DNA of 64,000 nt from Octopus vulgaris (GCA_951406725.2 OX597839.1:40858001-40922000); one strand, 5' to 3'. Counted from the stretch's first letter, positions 46,080 to 61,140 are shown. Notes: generated by a model from the letters alone, not told the origin. Program-made: numbers and translations.

Positions 46080-47834
46080 TGTGATGTGGGTTATTCTTAA
46101 TGTTACTCATATGATGTAGATTATTTCAAATATAATTATAATGTAGGTTATTACTAAGGTCTCTGTGATGTGGGTTATTGTTAATGTTTCTCATATGATG
46201 TAGATTATTTCAAATATAATTATAATGTAGGTTATTACTAAGGTCTCTGTGATGTGGGTTATTCTTAATGTTACTCATATGATGTAGATTATTTCAAATA
46301 TAATTATAATATAGGTTATTACTAAGGTCTCTCTGATGTAGGTTATTCTTAATGTTACTCATATGATGTAGATTATTTCAATATATATTTATAATGTAGG
46401 TTATTACGAGGGGCGTTCAATAAGTAATGCCCCTGACCCACTTCCCATAGCAGTAGAGCAACGACACTTGGCACAGTTATTAGTCTTTTCCTACATAGGA
46501 ACTACCCAGAGTTATGCATTTCTCCCATCGTTTGATACAGCTCTGGAGACCGTTTTTGTAGAAGACCCCAGCTTGGTCCTCCAACCACGACGTGACTTCA
46601 GAAATCAAGGCTGCATCATCTGGGAAACGCTTTCCTTTCAAAATCAACTTCATGGCTGGGAAGAGGTGAAAATCAGAGGGTGAAAGGGGAGGAGTTCATA
46701 GCCGCACGCCTGTGCTTCTGATCTGGCGACACGCGAGTTGTGGACCGGAGCGTTGTCCTGCAGGAGGAGGATGCCTTTGCTGATCTTGCCCCGCCTCTTG
46801 ATTTTGATAGCTTCTCTTAATTTCCTCAAAAGTGAAGCATAATAGGCTCCTGTAATTGTGGTACCCTTTGCCAGGAAATCTGTCATCACTACTCCGTCCT
46901 GGTCCCAGAAGACTGTGAGCATAACCTTGTCAGCGGAGGGCTGCACCCTTGCCTTCTTTGGAGGAGGTGAGTCACGGTGCTTTCACTGCATTGACTGGGC
47001 TTTGGTCTATGGATCATAGTGATGGACCCAGGTTTCATCCTGTGTGATCAGTCTTTTGAAAAATTTTAACTCATCTTCTTGGCACATCTCCAAATTCATC
47101 CTCGAGCACTCAACGCGTTCTTGCTTCTGGAAAGGTGTGAGCAACCTGGAAATCCATCTGGCAGACACCTTTTGCATATGCAAATGGTCATGAATGATAG
47201 TTTCCACAGACCCGGTACTAATCTTGACCTTATGGGCTATTTGGCGAATAGTTATGCGTTGACCTTCCAAAATGGCAGCCTCAACTTGACGGACAGACGT
47301 CTCATCAACGGCAGAAGGGGGCGACCAGATCTGGGAGCTGTTTACACAGAGTTCCGACTATGTTTGAATTCCCAATGCCAGCGTTTTACAAGGTCATATG
47401 ATGGGGCATCATAAGTTACTTTCATTTCATCAAAAGTCTCCCGTGGTGTGTGTCCTTTCAAATACAAAAACCAGATCACTGCTCGACACTCAACAGGCTC
47501 CATTTCACACTTGACTCAGTTCAAACACATGTAAATCAGAAACCACAATTAGTTCAGAGCTGTAATTTGCCACTTAGTCTATAGAGGTATAAATAATTGC
47601 ACATGCAAAATTTCAGCTAGATCAAACAACTGCAAGTGGGTCAGGGGCATTACTTATTGAACGCCCCTCGTACTAAGGTCTCTTTGATGCAGGTTATTAT
47701 TAATGTTACTCACATGATGTAGATCATTTCAAATATAATTGTAATGTAGGTTATTACTAAGGTCTTTCTGATGTAGGTTATTCTTAATGTCACTCACGTG
47801 ATGTAGATTATTTCAAATATAATTGTAATGTAAG

Positions 47835-47840
<6 letters not shown>
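46080..47840. repeat. 84-bp satellite (3 x 28-bp subunits) split by a mariner insertion
   Basis: Period 84 from 46081; the array resumes in phase at 47671. Confidence 0.9.
46407..47670 (-). mobile_element. Full-length mariner transposon (1264 bp) with defective transposase
   Basis: Perfect 37-bp TIRs cgaggggcgttcaataagtaatgcccctgacccactt, TA duplication at 46405-6 and 47671-2; ATG at 47503; TQDETW, VMLTVFWD and QDNAP motifs; stops, and the YSPDLA motif is deleted. Confidence 0.97.
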
Positions 47841-48460
<620 letters not shown>

Positions 48461-48499
48461 ACTTAATTAGAAGAAAAAAAAGACATTACAATGGACGAG

Positions 48500-48745
48500 G
48501 CTACGATTCGAACCCCTGAACGTAAAATGATGCAATGAACTGCCGTGATACAAATATGGTGGGTCACTCTGTTGTTTATTGTTCCATCTCAGTGCTGTTG
48601 ATGGATGGAAATATTGGTCGAGTATGTTGACAGATTCTTTCAGTTGTGGCAACAGAAAGAACTTGCCATTTCAAGGATTCTTGGAAGCGGTTCAAAAATA
48701 AATTCATTTCCAAATCTGACAAGAATTGAAGTTGTCAGCTAAGGT
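48500..48745 (-). pseudogene. Possible ancient hAT transposase dimerisation-domain relic
   Basis: Across a frameshift, IFEPLPRILEMASS / SVATTERI resembles the hAT C-terminal L..LL.IA..LPVSTA..ER.FS pattern. Confidence 0.35.
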
Positions 48746-48779
48746 GAACTAAAGGAAAATTTGGAACGGTGGAAGGCAA

Positions 48780-48875
48780 GTGGGCGAAGAAGGAAGGGTG
48801 TTGGAGGTGGAGGGATGGGAAGGAGGGAAGGAGGGAAGGAGGGAAGGAGGGAAGGAGGGAGGGAGGGAGGGAGGA

Positions 48876-48911
<36 letters not shown>

Positions 48912-49051
48912 CAGAATGAATGAAAGAAAGAAAGAAAGAAAGGAAGGAAGGAAGAAGGAAAGAAAGAAAGAAAGAAGGAAAGAAAGAAAGAAAGAAAGAA
49001 AGAAAGGAAGAAGGAAGGAAAGAAGGAAGAAGGAAGGGCAGGGAAGGAGGA

Positions 49052-49090
<39 letters not shown>

Positions 49091-49353
49091 GAAGAAAGGA
49101 AGAATGGCGGGGAGAAAAGAAGAACGAAACGTTAGAAAATAGGGAAGAAAAAGGGGAAGAAAGGAAAAATTAAATGAAAGAAGCTTGAATGAATGAAAAA
49201 GAAGCAAAGGCAAAGAAGAAAGAAAAAAGAAAGTATGACTGAATGAATAGAAGGAGGAAGTGAGGAAAGCAAAAGAAGGAAAGAAAGGAACAATAAACAA
49301 AGAAACCAAGAAAGAAAAGAAAGGAAAAGAAAGAAAGAAAAAGAAAGAGAGAT

Positions 49354-49393
<40 letters not shown>

Positions 49394-49892
49394 AGGAATG
49401 GAGGAGGTGGAGAGGGAAGAATGGGAGAAGAAAAGGAAGAAAGAATGAAAGAAAAAGAAAGTATGAATGACTAGAATAAGGAAAGAAGGAAAGCAAAAGA
49501 ATGAAAAACGAGAGAAAGATAGAGAGAAAAAGAGAATGGAGAGAGAAAATAAGAAAGAAAAGAAAGGAAAGACAGACAAAAGAAAGAGAGAAAGAAAGAG
49601 AGAAAGAAAGAAAGAAAGAGAGAAAGAAAGAAAGAAAGAAAGAAAGAAGGAAGGGGAGGTGGAGAGGGAAGAATGGGAGAAGAAAAGGAAGAAAGAATGA
49701 AAGAAGAAGAAAGTATGAATGACTAGAATAAGGAAAGAAGGAAAGCAAAAGAATGAAAAACGAGAGAAAGATAGAGAGAAAAAGAGAATGGAGAGAGAAA
49801 ATAAGAAAGAAAAGAAAGGAAAGACAGACAAAAGAAAGAGAGAAAGAAAGGAAAGACAGACAAAAGAAAGAGAGAAAGAAAGAAAGAAAGAG

Positions 49893-49923
<31 letters not shown>

Positions 49924-50280
49924 AGGAAGGGGAGGTGGAGAGGGAAGAATGGGAGAAGAAAAGGAAGAAAGAATGAAAGAAGAAGAAAGTATGAATGACT
50001 AGAATAAGGAAAGAAGGAAAGCAAAAGAATGAAAAACGAGAGAAAGATAGAGAGAAAAAGAGAATAGAGAGAGAAAATAAGAAAGAAAAGAAAGGAAAGA
50101 CAGACAAAAGAAAGAAAGAAATAAAGAAAGAAAAAAAGAAAGAAATAAAGAAATAATGTATGACTGAATGAATAAATGAAATGAATGAATGAAACAGATA
50201 AGAAAGAAAGAATGAAGGAAGGAAGGAAGGAAGGAAGGATGGAAGGAAAGAAGGAAAGATATTGAAAAGGAAAGAGCGAA
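48780..50280 (+). repeat. ~1.5-kb polypurine tract with a ~250-275-bp triplication
   Basis: ggaggtggagagggaagaatgggagaag recurs at ~49403, ~49655 and ~49931. Confidence 0.9.
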
Positions 50281-50477
50281 AGGCGAAAATAAAAAAGAAA
50301 GGAACGAAGGAGCGAAAAGTGACGTCGTTTTTTTTTTATTTTATATTCCACTTGGCATCCATTTCCTTTCTCTTTCATAATCACGAAAGAAAAATTGAAC
50401 GAGATATTAACAAAACAAATATACAAAAAAGATACTAATATCTCTAGTTATATGGTTAGTATTTGGCTGTATTTTTG

Positions 50478-50541
<64 letters not shown>

Positions 50542-50724
50542 GCTGCTGCTGCTACTACTACTACTGATGCTTCGACTACGATGACTATTATCCTCATCAT
50601 CATCATCATCATCATCATCCCCATCATCATCATGTGGCAAAATCGTTAGCGCGTCGAGCTGCTACGACTACTATAATTGTTGTTGTTGCTGCTGCTGCTA
50701 CTACTACTACTACTACAACTACTA

Positions 50725-50862
50725 CTTGACAGAATCATTAGTATGTCAGGCAAAATGCTCTGCTGCATATCGTCCGTCTTTACGTTCTGAGTTCAAATCC
50801 CACCGAGGTCGATTTTACCATTCATCCTTTCGAGGTCGATAAACTAAGTACTAGTCATGTAC

Positions 50863-50893
<31 letters not shown>

Positions 50894-51090
50894 TGTATGT
50901 ATGTATTTATTTATGTATGTATGTATGTATATGTATGTATGTATATGCATGTGTGTGTGTGTGTGTTTGTGTGTGTGTTACGATGGGCTTCCAAAAAATA
51001 CTAGAAAACACTTGCCTAAAATGCCGTACATAGGGATTGAAACCTAAACCATGTGTTTACGAAGTTCGCTTCTTAACCACTCATTCATAC
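50725..51090. mobile_element. SINE B fragment (+, 50725-50855) and SINE A fragment (-, 50980-51090)
   Basis: Homology to the other copies in the window. Confidence 0.7.
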
Positions 51091-51982
51091 CTATATATTT
51101 ATTTATGACAATGCTAGCTTAATTTATAGCTGCTTTGTAAGCAGCTGATCTATGCTGTAGGTTGTTGTAGGAAAGTAGGATCATGTTCTCGCAGGAGCGG
51201 TCAAGAAATTCTTTTTTACCTTTAACACACAATGACGTACTATATATATATATATACTTGAGTATATTATATCTGTCATAAGTATTTTTTGCTACCATGG
51301 AAATGTAGCCATAAAAATTATAATTCAACTTTTATCATTTATCTTGGTGCTTATACAAATTGATGAAATGAATATCAATTTTGTAAAGATTGATTTAAAC
51401 AAAGCCAATTTCTCATCTGTATATTTGCGATAAATATGAAGTAATTTATTTAAATTTTATCAACATAATTGCACTGTACTCCATCGAAAACCCCTCTCTG
51501 CAATCTACCAAAATTTCATTTTCAACAAATGGATTTTTCAGAAACTTATCATTGCCTGCCACCAAGCCTTGTGTGTACACTCATCTTGCATCACTTATGT
51601 TAATTACCAATGAATCTATCGTTTACTCTCTTTGTGAAGCTCTCTATACGATATATAAAGTGAGTGGAGATTCAACCAACTAGCCAACCAATCAACATTT
51701 ATATCGGCTATTAAATGTGTGTGCATGCGCGCGCTATTAAATTTGTGTGTGCGTATATCAAATATACGGAAACCGCTACTAAAACCAACTTTCTCTGTAC
51801 GAAGCTTTTCAGACACACGTAACACGTGTGTCTGAAAAGCTGTAACGAGTGAACAAAATAAACTGTAACACAATAAGAAAACTTCATTCCCAAACGTTCG
51901 AGTCACTCTACTTTTTTAAGAAATTTTTTATACAATCGAGAATTTTTAATTTCAGAAAATCATTCTCAAATGCAATATATAA

Positions 51983-52040
<58 letters not shown>

Positions 52041-52045
<5 letters not shown>

Positions 52046-52456
52046 AATAATGAGGGCGATAAATTAATATTAATTTTAATATCATATATATATATATATA
52101 TATATTTAAATAATGAGGGCGATAAATTAATATTAATTTTAATATCAATTTAAAACCAGTAGTCTAGCATACAAAAAATCTGAGAAGTCAGAGAAAATTC
52201 TAATATATGTGTATATTGGCAGGGCTGGACTGCTAGGTAGTCGGCCGTATGCTAGAAACAGATCATCAACGATCAAACTACAAAGGAAATTCTCTAGAGG
52301 AAAAATTCAGCGAACACCAGAACCAAATTTGGCGGGCAGGACAGATGAAAATTTATATAAAAAACAGAATTTCCTCTAGAGAATTTCCTTTGTAGTTTGA
52401 TCGTTGATGATCTGTTTCTAGCATACGGCCGACTACTTAGCAGTCCAGCCCTCCCA

Positions 52457-52465
<9 letters not shown>
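52041..52465. mobile_element. Fold-back element in (TA)n with a duplicated terminal 44-mer
   Basis: Inverted arms ~52203-52293 and ~52369-52465; atttaaataatgagggcg..aatatca occurs twice, separated by (TA)n. Confidence 0.7.
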
Positions 52466-52505
<40 letters not shown>

Positions 52506-52840
52506 TACACACACACACGAATATACGCCTGAGTGTATCAAGTATTTTGAAATAGTGCTAAGAGGAGATATCTGTAAATAGCTGAGGTGAGAATGCACTA
52601 TTAGATACATGAGGCACAACTACACAAAATTTCGCTTCTATGATATTATAATTAACTCCCTTGCTTGTTGAGTTTAGATTTTCAAATAACTCCAGAGGCA
52701 GATTTTGTCCATCAAATGCAGACATGATCTGATTCAATCGAAGCAACTTTCAATCATTATATAAATATCCCGGATGTTTCACACATACAGGAAAAGAACG
52801 AGAGGATTAGGTAGGTAGGTAGGTAGGTAGATAGACAGAC

Positions 52841-52919
<79 letters not shown>

Positions 52920-52956
52920 TAGACAGATAGATAGATATATATCTATAGACAGACAT

Positions 52957-53013
<57 letters not shown>

Positions 53014-53058
53014 TAGATAGATAGATAGATTTGCATGAGGTTTTTTAATTTTTAATTT

Positions 53059-53109
<51 letters not shown>

Positions 53110-53442
53110 CGTGCGTGTGTGTGTGTCCTTCTTTGAGTCTATGCATCTACGTGACTTTACGCTTGTATTGTGAACGTGGAGTATGGCGGTATTATTGTAC
53201 GCCTTTAAAATTGTATGAGTGTGCATATATTCATATAAAATATACCTGAGGTTGAGATTTCAATGCGTCTGTAATTAAATTCATGTAGCGTTGTACTTTA
53301 AAGGTGTTAGCGCGTGTATACAGATGTATTTGTGCGCATGTGCTTGTGTGTGTATGTCTGTGTATGTATGTATATGTGTGTATATATACATACGTATATA
53401 ATGTTGTTCATGTGTGTATATATATATATCGCTAGTTCCTTT

Positions 53443-53494
<52 letters not shown>

Positions 53495-53547
53495 TATATA
53501 TATAAATATACATATATATATATACACATATACATATATAAATATAC

Positions 53548-53598
<51 letters not shown>

Positions 53599-53634
53599 CA
53601 TCTATATATATATGAACATATATATATACACATG

Positions 53635-53673
<39 letters not shown>

Positions 53674-53695
53674 TATATACGTATATATATATATG

Positions 53696-53748
<53 letters not shown>

Positions 53749-54461
53749 GTATGCTTACATGTATGTAGCTACAGGTTTATATATACGTACGGATGGCTCT
53801 ATATTTATATACACTCGTATATTCATTACAAATTTATGTACACCCAAACAGATACACACGCACGTACATAGAAGCAAGTTGATTTTTTGTGTATAGGCAG
53901 AAAGGAAAGAGAACTACGGGAAAGCGGTGAGGAGCAAAGAGAGATACGGGCCAGGCAGACAGACAGACACACAGAACGACGTGACTAAAGGGCGGTGGAA
54001 GGGGAGGATGTGGCGACGAAGCAAGAGGAGGAGGAGGACAGAAACAACGAAGAATGAGAGAATATATGTGCGAATAATGTGTTGGTGTGAGCATCAATCT
54101 GTGTGTAAATTTGCGTGTGTGTGTGTGTCCGCTTATTACGTTCTGTTATTATTATCAGTCAGGATTGTACATGTATTATTGAACTGCTGTGTTGTTTGTT
54201 TGTTTCTTTTTTTTTTTGGTTGTTTTTGTTTTGTCTGTTGTTTGTTTTTTCAAGATTGAGCATTCGTGCCCATAATTTGTATGTTTTAAATTGGATAATG
54301 GTGATGTATGCACACACATACGCGTTCACGCACAAGAACAAGCGCGCACATACACTAAAGACAGATACTCTCCACGATGTGCGTGCACATGCACACACAT
54401 ATATAGAAAGGTATATATATATGTGTGTGTGTGTGTATGTATACATATATATATATACTTG

Positions 54462-54510
<49 letters not shown>

Positions 54511-54723
54511 TATTTATGCATAAGACATATATATGTATACGTACAAATACACAGATATATACAGGTATGTGTATACATGTATGCATATATATGTATACAC
54601 ATACATATACATATATATGCATGTATGTATATCAATGTATATATACATATATATACATATGCACACGTATATATATGTATATATGTATGTATATATATGT
54701 ATATATATATGTGTATGTATATT

Positions 54724-54754
<31 letters not shown>

Positions 54755-54873
54755 CCCATTATATACACATATAATTAGATGTGCGTGTGTGCTTCTATCT
54801 CAAGGATGTTGAGAAAATGCACATATAGCACTATGCCTTAAATGTATAGTACATAGATGTGTATACATGTATA

Positions 54874-54912
<39 letters not shown>

Positions 54913-55627
54913 TATGCACGCATGTATGCATATAATGTGCGTGGATGGGTAAGCTCATATATATATATATGTATGTATAAGTATGTGTATGTGATTAAAA
55001 TAAATTTGTGTATGCATGTGTATAACTCTCCTTCAGAGATGTCGATATGACTTGTGTGTATAGCGTTGCATGTGTGAATATGTAGTGCTCAGTTGTGTAT
55101 ACGCATGTGTCTATGCCTCAATTATATCGCATTTATTCAGGTACGGGGTGTATATTCTTGTCTGTATATGAATGCATGTATAAGTGTATACATCTGTCTC
55201 ATTTCCTCCAATTCCTTTTTCCAACACACACACACACACATAAATATATATACACACACTCACACACTTACCACTCACACACATGCATCATTACACTCAT
55301 GCACACATCATACACATACACAAACACACACACACGCACTTCTACACATACATACGCCCTTATACATTTGTATTTATATAGGGGGGCGGTTCCTTATCTG
55401 TTGATGATATGTTTATATAGCAATTTCTACTTATTAATTTAAGAATAGGAGGCGTGTGTACATGTGTGTATATGCGTGTGTATATAACTATTCACATATA
55501 TGCGTTTATCTAAAATAGTATGTCGGTGTGTGCAATTTAGAATCATTGATTGTTTTTTATGCGCATGTATGTATATATATAAATATATATATATATATAT
55601 GTATACATATATATATATATATGTATA

Positions 55628-55731
<104 letters not shown>

Positions 55732-56273
55732 GGCATATATATATTTGTGTGTATGTGTGTGTGTGTGTGTGTGTGTGCTAAAATTTTAATGCATACAAAT
55801 TGCATAGCAATTTATACGCATTAAATTGGCTGGTGTGTGCCCATGTTTACGTATGCGTATATATGTACGTACGAGCTCATTGCTAATTGTGTGTCTGTGT
55901 GTTTATATGCATGCAATTAAGCATAGATACGTCTGTATGTATATGTGTGTATGCATGTGTGCGTAAAAACAGTGTATTTGTATGTGAAAGAATAAGTGTA
56001 CATTTGTTCGCAAGTAGGCATGTATTTGTGTGTGCGTATGCGTGCGTATATTTGTGTTCACGAGGTAGAGTGTTTGCGCCTGCTTACGTGTGCGTGAATG
56101 AATGTATGTGCATCTGTAACCGTCTTTTGAAGAAATACGCAGTAATTTGTATGCATTAAAATAAGTGTCCCCTTTTTTATGAATGTTTGCATGAATTGCT
56201 GCAGCGAAGCGCTATGATACTGTATACATACATACATACGTACATACATACATACATACATACATACATACAT

Positions 56274-56308
<35 letters not shown>

Positions 56309-56538
56309 TATACATATACATATACATTTATATATATGCATACACACACACATATATATGTACATACATGCATATATATATGTATGTATATATGTATATA
56401 TATATATATGTATATATATATATAAATATATATATATATGCATGTATGTATGTATGTATGTATGTATGTATATATGTATATGTATGTATGTATGTATGTA
56501 TGTGTATGTATGTATGTATGTATGTATGTATATATATA

Positions 56539-56591
<53 letters not shown>

Positions 56592-56708
56592 GTATGTATA
56601 TGCATCATTGTTACGTGAACAATACTGGAGTTTTCAATGCTGATACTGGGTGTAATATATATATATATAAATTGATAGAGAATAAATTTAATTTTCGTAA
56701 AAATATAC

Positions 56709-56782
56709 ATTGTTACTCGGAGTTTCATTCCCATTTAATTAATCGGCTAATTAGATAATTACTTTGGCAATCGTCAGACAAT
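56709..56782 (-). ncRNA. Type I hammerhead ribozyme, near-canonical (family H4)
   Basis: Minus strand: AUUGU-CUGACGA-UUGCCA...UGGGAA-U-GAA-ACUC(C)GAGU-A-ACAAU; GUA site at 56714. Confidence 0.75.
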
Positions 56783-57203
56783 AGTCTTAACGTGAAAGAA
56801 AGAGAAAAGAAACAGAGTTTATTTTTGTTGTTAATTATTAAAAAGACAACGACAGATAACGATATACAATAACTTACTATATGAAAAAATGTTATATTGC
56901 TAACGAACTTATACAAAGTTTTTTTTGGTTTTTTGTAATTAACTTATTTTTTATGTACGTACAAAACTGTTTCATTTATGGCTGTGATTGTTCGGAAATA
57001 GGTAAAACGTGTAAGTAATGGTTACAATGTATGTAATTTCAACATAAAATATAAAATATATATTTAATGGACTACACTCATTACAATTCTTATATTGAAT
57101 ATTTCAACGATTACGCCTTTACACAATTTACATTGCTGTTTACCTCCTTCCTATATATAAACACACACACATATATGCATGCATATATATATATATGTAT
57201 ATG

Positions 57204-57273
<70 letters not shown>

Positions 57274-57284
57274 TTTATTTATTT

Positions 57285-57482
57285 ATTTATTGCCCACAAG
57301 GGGCTAAACATAGAAGAGACAAACAAGGACAGACAAAGGGATTAAGTCGATTACATCGACCCCAGTGCGTAACTGGTACTTATTTAATCGACCCCGAAAG
57401 GATGAAAGGCAAAGTCGACCTCTGCGGAATTTGAACTCAAAGCGTAGCTGCAGACGAAATACTGGTAAGCGTTTCGCCCAGC
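57285..57482 (-). mobile_element. SINE family B
   Basis: Near-identical to 7840-8030. Confidence 0.9.
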
Positions 57483-57522
57483 GTGGGTGTATATAATTAT
57501 ATAATTATATATATACATATAT

Positions 57523-58104
57523 ACTTCAAAAAAGGGATAAAATTTTTCGAAAAAAATTCTATCAATGGCCAGCATATTAAAAAATACCTTTAAAGGTTAA
57601 ATTTATAAACAACTTATAAACAAGAGCAAAAGAAAAAATTTCTAATGCCAAATATGCCGAAAATAGACAAATCGTCAATAACCATATAATTCATCACTAT
57701 AAGCACGCGTCTCGAAGAAAGCCGACAGAAATTTCTCAAAAATTCCGTTATTATCATATCGGCCCCGATTTCAAAGTTAATTCATAAGAATTTTCTCCTC
57801 GTCAGTGATAAATGCGGTAAGAAATAAATGAAATACTTACTTATACCCATGGAAGAAGCAAACACTAAGTCATGAGCACAATTAAGTACCCCAAATATAT
57901 CCAAAATAGAAATTCTCCAGCACACCTCGACTGAAAACTCTCAGAGTGAGAGAGTCCGGAAGTGAACACTATTAAATTTACATCTAATAAAGGATAAAAT
58001 TTTTCGAAAAATTCTATCAATGGCCAGCATATTAAAAAATACCTTTAAAGGTTAAATTTATAAACAAGGGCAAACGAAAAAAATTCTAATGCCAAATATG
58101 CCGA
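57523..58104 (-). mobile_element. Non-coding HHR retroelement (family H5): ~450-bp unit as a partial tandem
   Basis: Direct repeats 57535-57660 and 57992-58104 flank a unique segment containing the HHR; TA-rich sequence at the minus-strand 3' end. Confidence 0.82.
57751..57811 (-). ncRNA. Type I hammerhead ribozyme, near-canonical
   Basis: Minus strand: UUAUCA-CUGACGA-GGAG-aa-AAUUC(UUAU)GAAUU-aa-CUUU-GAA-AUCGG(GG)CCGAU-A-UGAUAA; AUA site at 57757. Confidence 0.8.
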
Positions 58105-58177
58105 GACAGTGAAGCGGAAGGGGTGATAAATGCATACATACATACATACATACATACATACATACATACATACATAC

Positions 58178-58624
58178 AGGGGAAGCACTCCGTCGGTTAC
58201 GACGACGAGGGTTCCGGTTGATCCGAATCAACGGAACAGCCTGCTCGTGAAATTAACGTGTAAGTGGCTGAGCACTCCACAGACACGTGTACACTTAACG
58301 TAGTTCTCGGGGATATTCAGCGTGACACAGGCCGGCCCTTTGAAATACAGGTACAACAGAAACAGGCCGGCCTTTGAAATACAGGTACAACAGAAACAGG
58401 CCGGCCCTTTGAAATACAGGTACAACAGAAACAGGAAGTAAGAGAGAGAGAAAGTTGTGGTGAAAGAGTACAGCAGGGATCACCACCATCCCCTGCCGGA
58501 GCCTCGTGGAGCTTTTAGGTGTTTTCGCTCAATAAACACTCACAACGCCCGGTCTGGGAATCGAAACCACGATCCTATGACCGCGAGTCCGCTGCCCTAA
58601 CCACTGGGCCATTGCGCCTCCACA
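58178..58624 (-). mobile_element. Full-length tRNA-derived SINE (family C variant) in (CATA)n, with an internal ~35-bp triplication
   Basis: Minus strand: tggcccagtggttagggc..ggtttcgattccc; ggccggccctttgaaatacaggtacaacagaaaca x3 at 58330-58435. Confidence 0.88.
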
Positions 58625-58638
58625 CATACATACATACA

Positions 58639-58669
<31 letters not shown>

Positions 58670-59197
58670 CATCGGCATCGGAATGATAAAGTGAAAAACA
58701 AAACTGTAACAACATCATGTTGGATAAGATGTCCGCCATTATCAAACTCAAAGTTACCAGCCGATATATTTCGCCGGATATCTCTAACGTTTCTTCCATC
58801 GCACTGAGAGGCCGGCGAACAGTTACAATACAGAGCTAATCAAATGTTACTGTATCTTAATATACAGTATAAATATATATGAAATACTGCGTAAATATTC
58901 CAGGAAATTTATGTTCTGGGATGTGTGCGTGTGTATAAAGAAAGATATAGAGAAAAAGAGAGAGAGAGGAGTAGGGGGTGTAAGTATATGTGCATTGTAT
59001 TATATAAGTGTATAATGAAATAGATAAATATGTATATAGATATACATACGTGCACACAGATTTTGGAATATGTGTGTGTATGTTACGCATCCATAACTGT
59101 GCACATGTACATGTGTGTATGGTGTGTGTGTGTGTGTGTCTGTGTGTGTGTAGCTGATATATTTTCAGTACTCATTTCATCTCTATTGCTCGATATG

Positions 59198-59229
<32 letters not shown>

Positions 59230-59446
59230 TGTATGTATGTATGTATGTATGTATGTATGCATATATGTATGTATGTATATATAGTGTGCGTGTGTGTGAG
59301 TGGCTGTGTGTGTTTGTATGAGTTTGTATGTATACATGTGTGTGTATATAAATATATATATGAATATATATACATATATTCATACATACATACCATATGC
59401 ATATATCAAACATATATATTATATTTATAAATATACATATGTAGGG

Positions 59447-59491
<45 letters not shown>

Positions 59492-59754
59492 TGTATATGT
59501 GTGCGCATGTGTAAATACACACTATGTACACATGTATGTATGAATTTACATATTAATACGCATATTAATATGCACTATACGTATATGCTTAAAATACATG
59601 CATACATACATACGCACATACAAACACACATATACATACACAAATACATATATACGGATGTGTGTATACTTATATATATATATATATATATGCATACATA
59701 CACACACAAACACACATATATATATATATATACATATATATATACATATATATA

Positions 59755-59806
<52 letters not shown>

Positions 59807-59826
59807 TATATTAATATATATGTATA

Positions 59827-59892
<66 letters not shown>

Positions 59893-60259
59893 TATACACG
59901 TTTATATATACGGAATAGAAACGTGCTTTTATGTCCAGCAATACTTTTAATAATTCTGAATAGACAAATTGTTCGTTTTTTGAAACTTTATTGGATATTT
60001 ATTCCAAAATTGGTCATAAAGAAATAAAGAACGGAGGGAAAGAAGGAAAGAGACAAAGAAAGAAAGGAAGAAGGAAGGAAGGAAGGAAGGAAGGAAGGAA
60101 GGAAGGAAGGAAGGAAGGAAGGAAGGAAGGAAGGAAGGGAAGACAGAATATTAAAGGCAAGAAATGAAGAAAGACAAAATTTTGATGGTGGAAAAGGGAA
60201 TGGAGCATAAATTTTTTTTTTTTCATAAAGTGCTCGTGTTCTTGGACTCGTCGTTGTTG

Positions 60260-60361
60260 CAGTGGTGGTGGTTGTGGTGGTGGTGGTGGTGGTGGTGGTG
60301 GTGGTGGTGGTGGTGGTGGTGGTGGTGGTGGTGGTGGTGGTGGTGGTGGTGGTGGTGGTGG

Positions 60362-60392
<31 letters not shown>

Positions 60393-60960
60393 GCTGGTGC
60401 TGGTGGTGGAGGTGGTGGTGGTGGTGGTGGTGGTGGTGGTAGTGGTTGTGGCGGCGGCGGCGGCGGTGGTGGTGGTGACGGTAGTGGTGGTGGTGTTGGT
60501 TGTGGTGCTGGAGGTGATGGTTACGATCGTGTTTGTAGTAGTAGTGGTGGTGGTGGTGTTGGTTGTCGTGCTGGAGGTGATGGTTACGATCGTGTTTGTA
60601 GTAGTAGTGGTGGTGGTGGTGGTCACGGTAGTGGTGGTGGTGTTGGTTGTCGTGCTGGAGGTGATGGTTACGATCGTGTTTGTAGTAGTAGTGGTGGTGG
60701 TGGTGGTGGTGGTGGAGCTTGTAATGGTAGTGGTGGTGGTGGTGATAGTGGAGATGGTGGTGGCCGTAATGCTTGTAGTAATGGTGGTGGTGGTGGTGGT
60801 AGTGTGGTGATGGTAGTGGCTGGGATGGTTGAGATAGTGGTGGTAGTGACGGTGGTGGTAGTGATGGTAGCAGTGGTGGTGGTGATGATGGTGGTGGTGG
60901 TGGTGGTGATGGGAGTTGTAGTGATGCTAGTTGTTACGGTGTTGGTGGTAGTGGCGGCGG
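60260..60960. repeat. (GGT)n tract with an embedded ~60-80-bp triplication
   Basis: gtgctggaggtgatggttacgatcgtgtttgtagtagta x3 at 60490-60700. Confidence 0.9.
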
Positions 60961-61042
60961 CGTCGCAGCCGACAAGGAATACCATCACCATTGCAAACTG
61001 ATGCACGTAACTAAACAAATGCAATCCGTTGAAGCAGAATGG

Positions 61043-61076
<34 letters not shown>

Positions 61077-61140
61077 TGCCAACAGCAGCAGCGCCACCTC
61101 TACCATTGCAATGAATCTTACCTTGGGTTCTTACAGTCCT

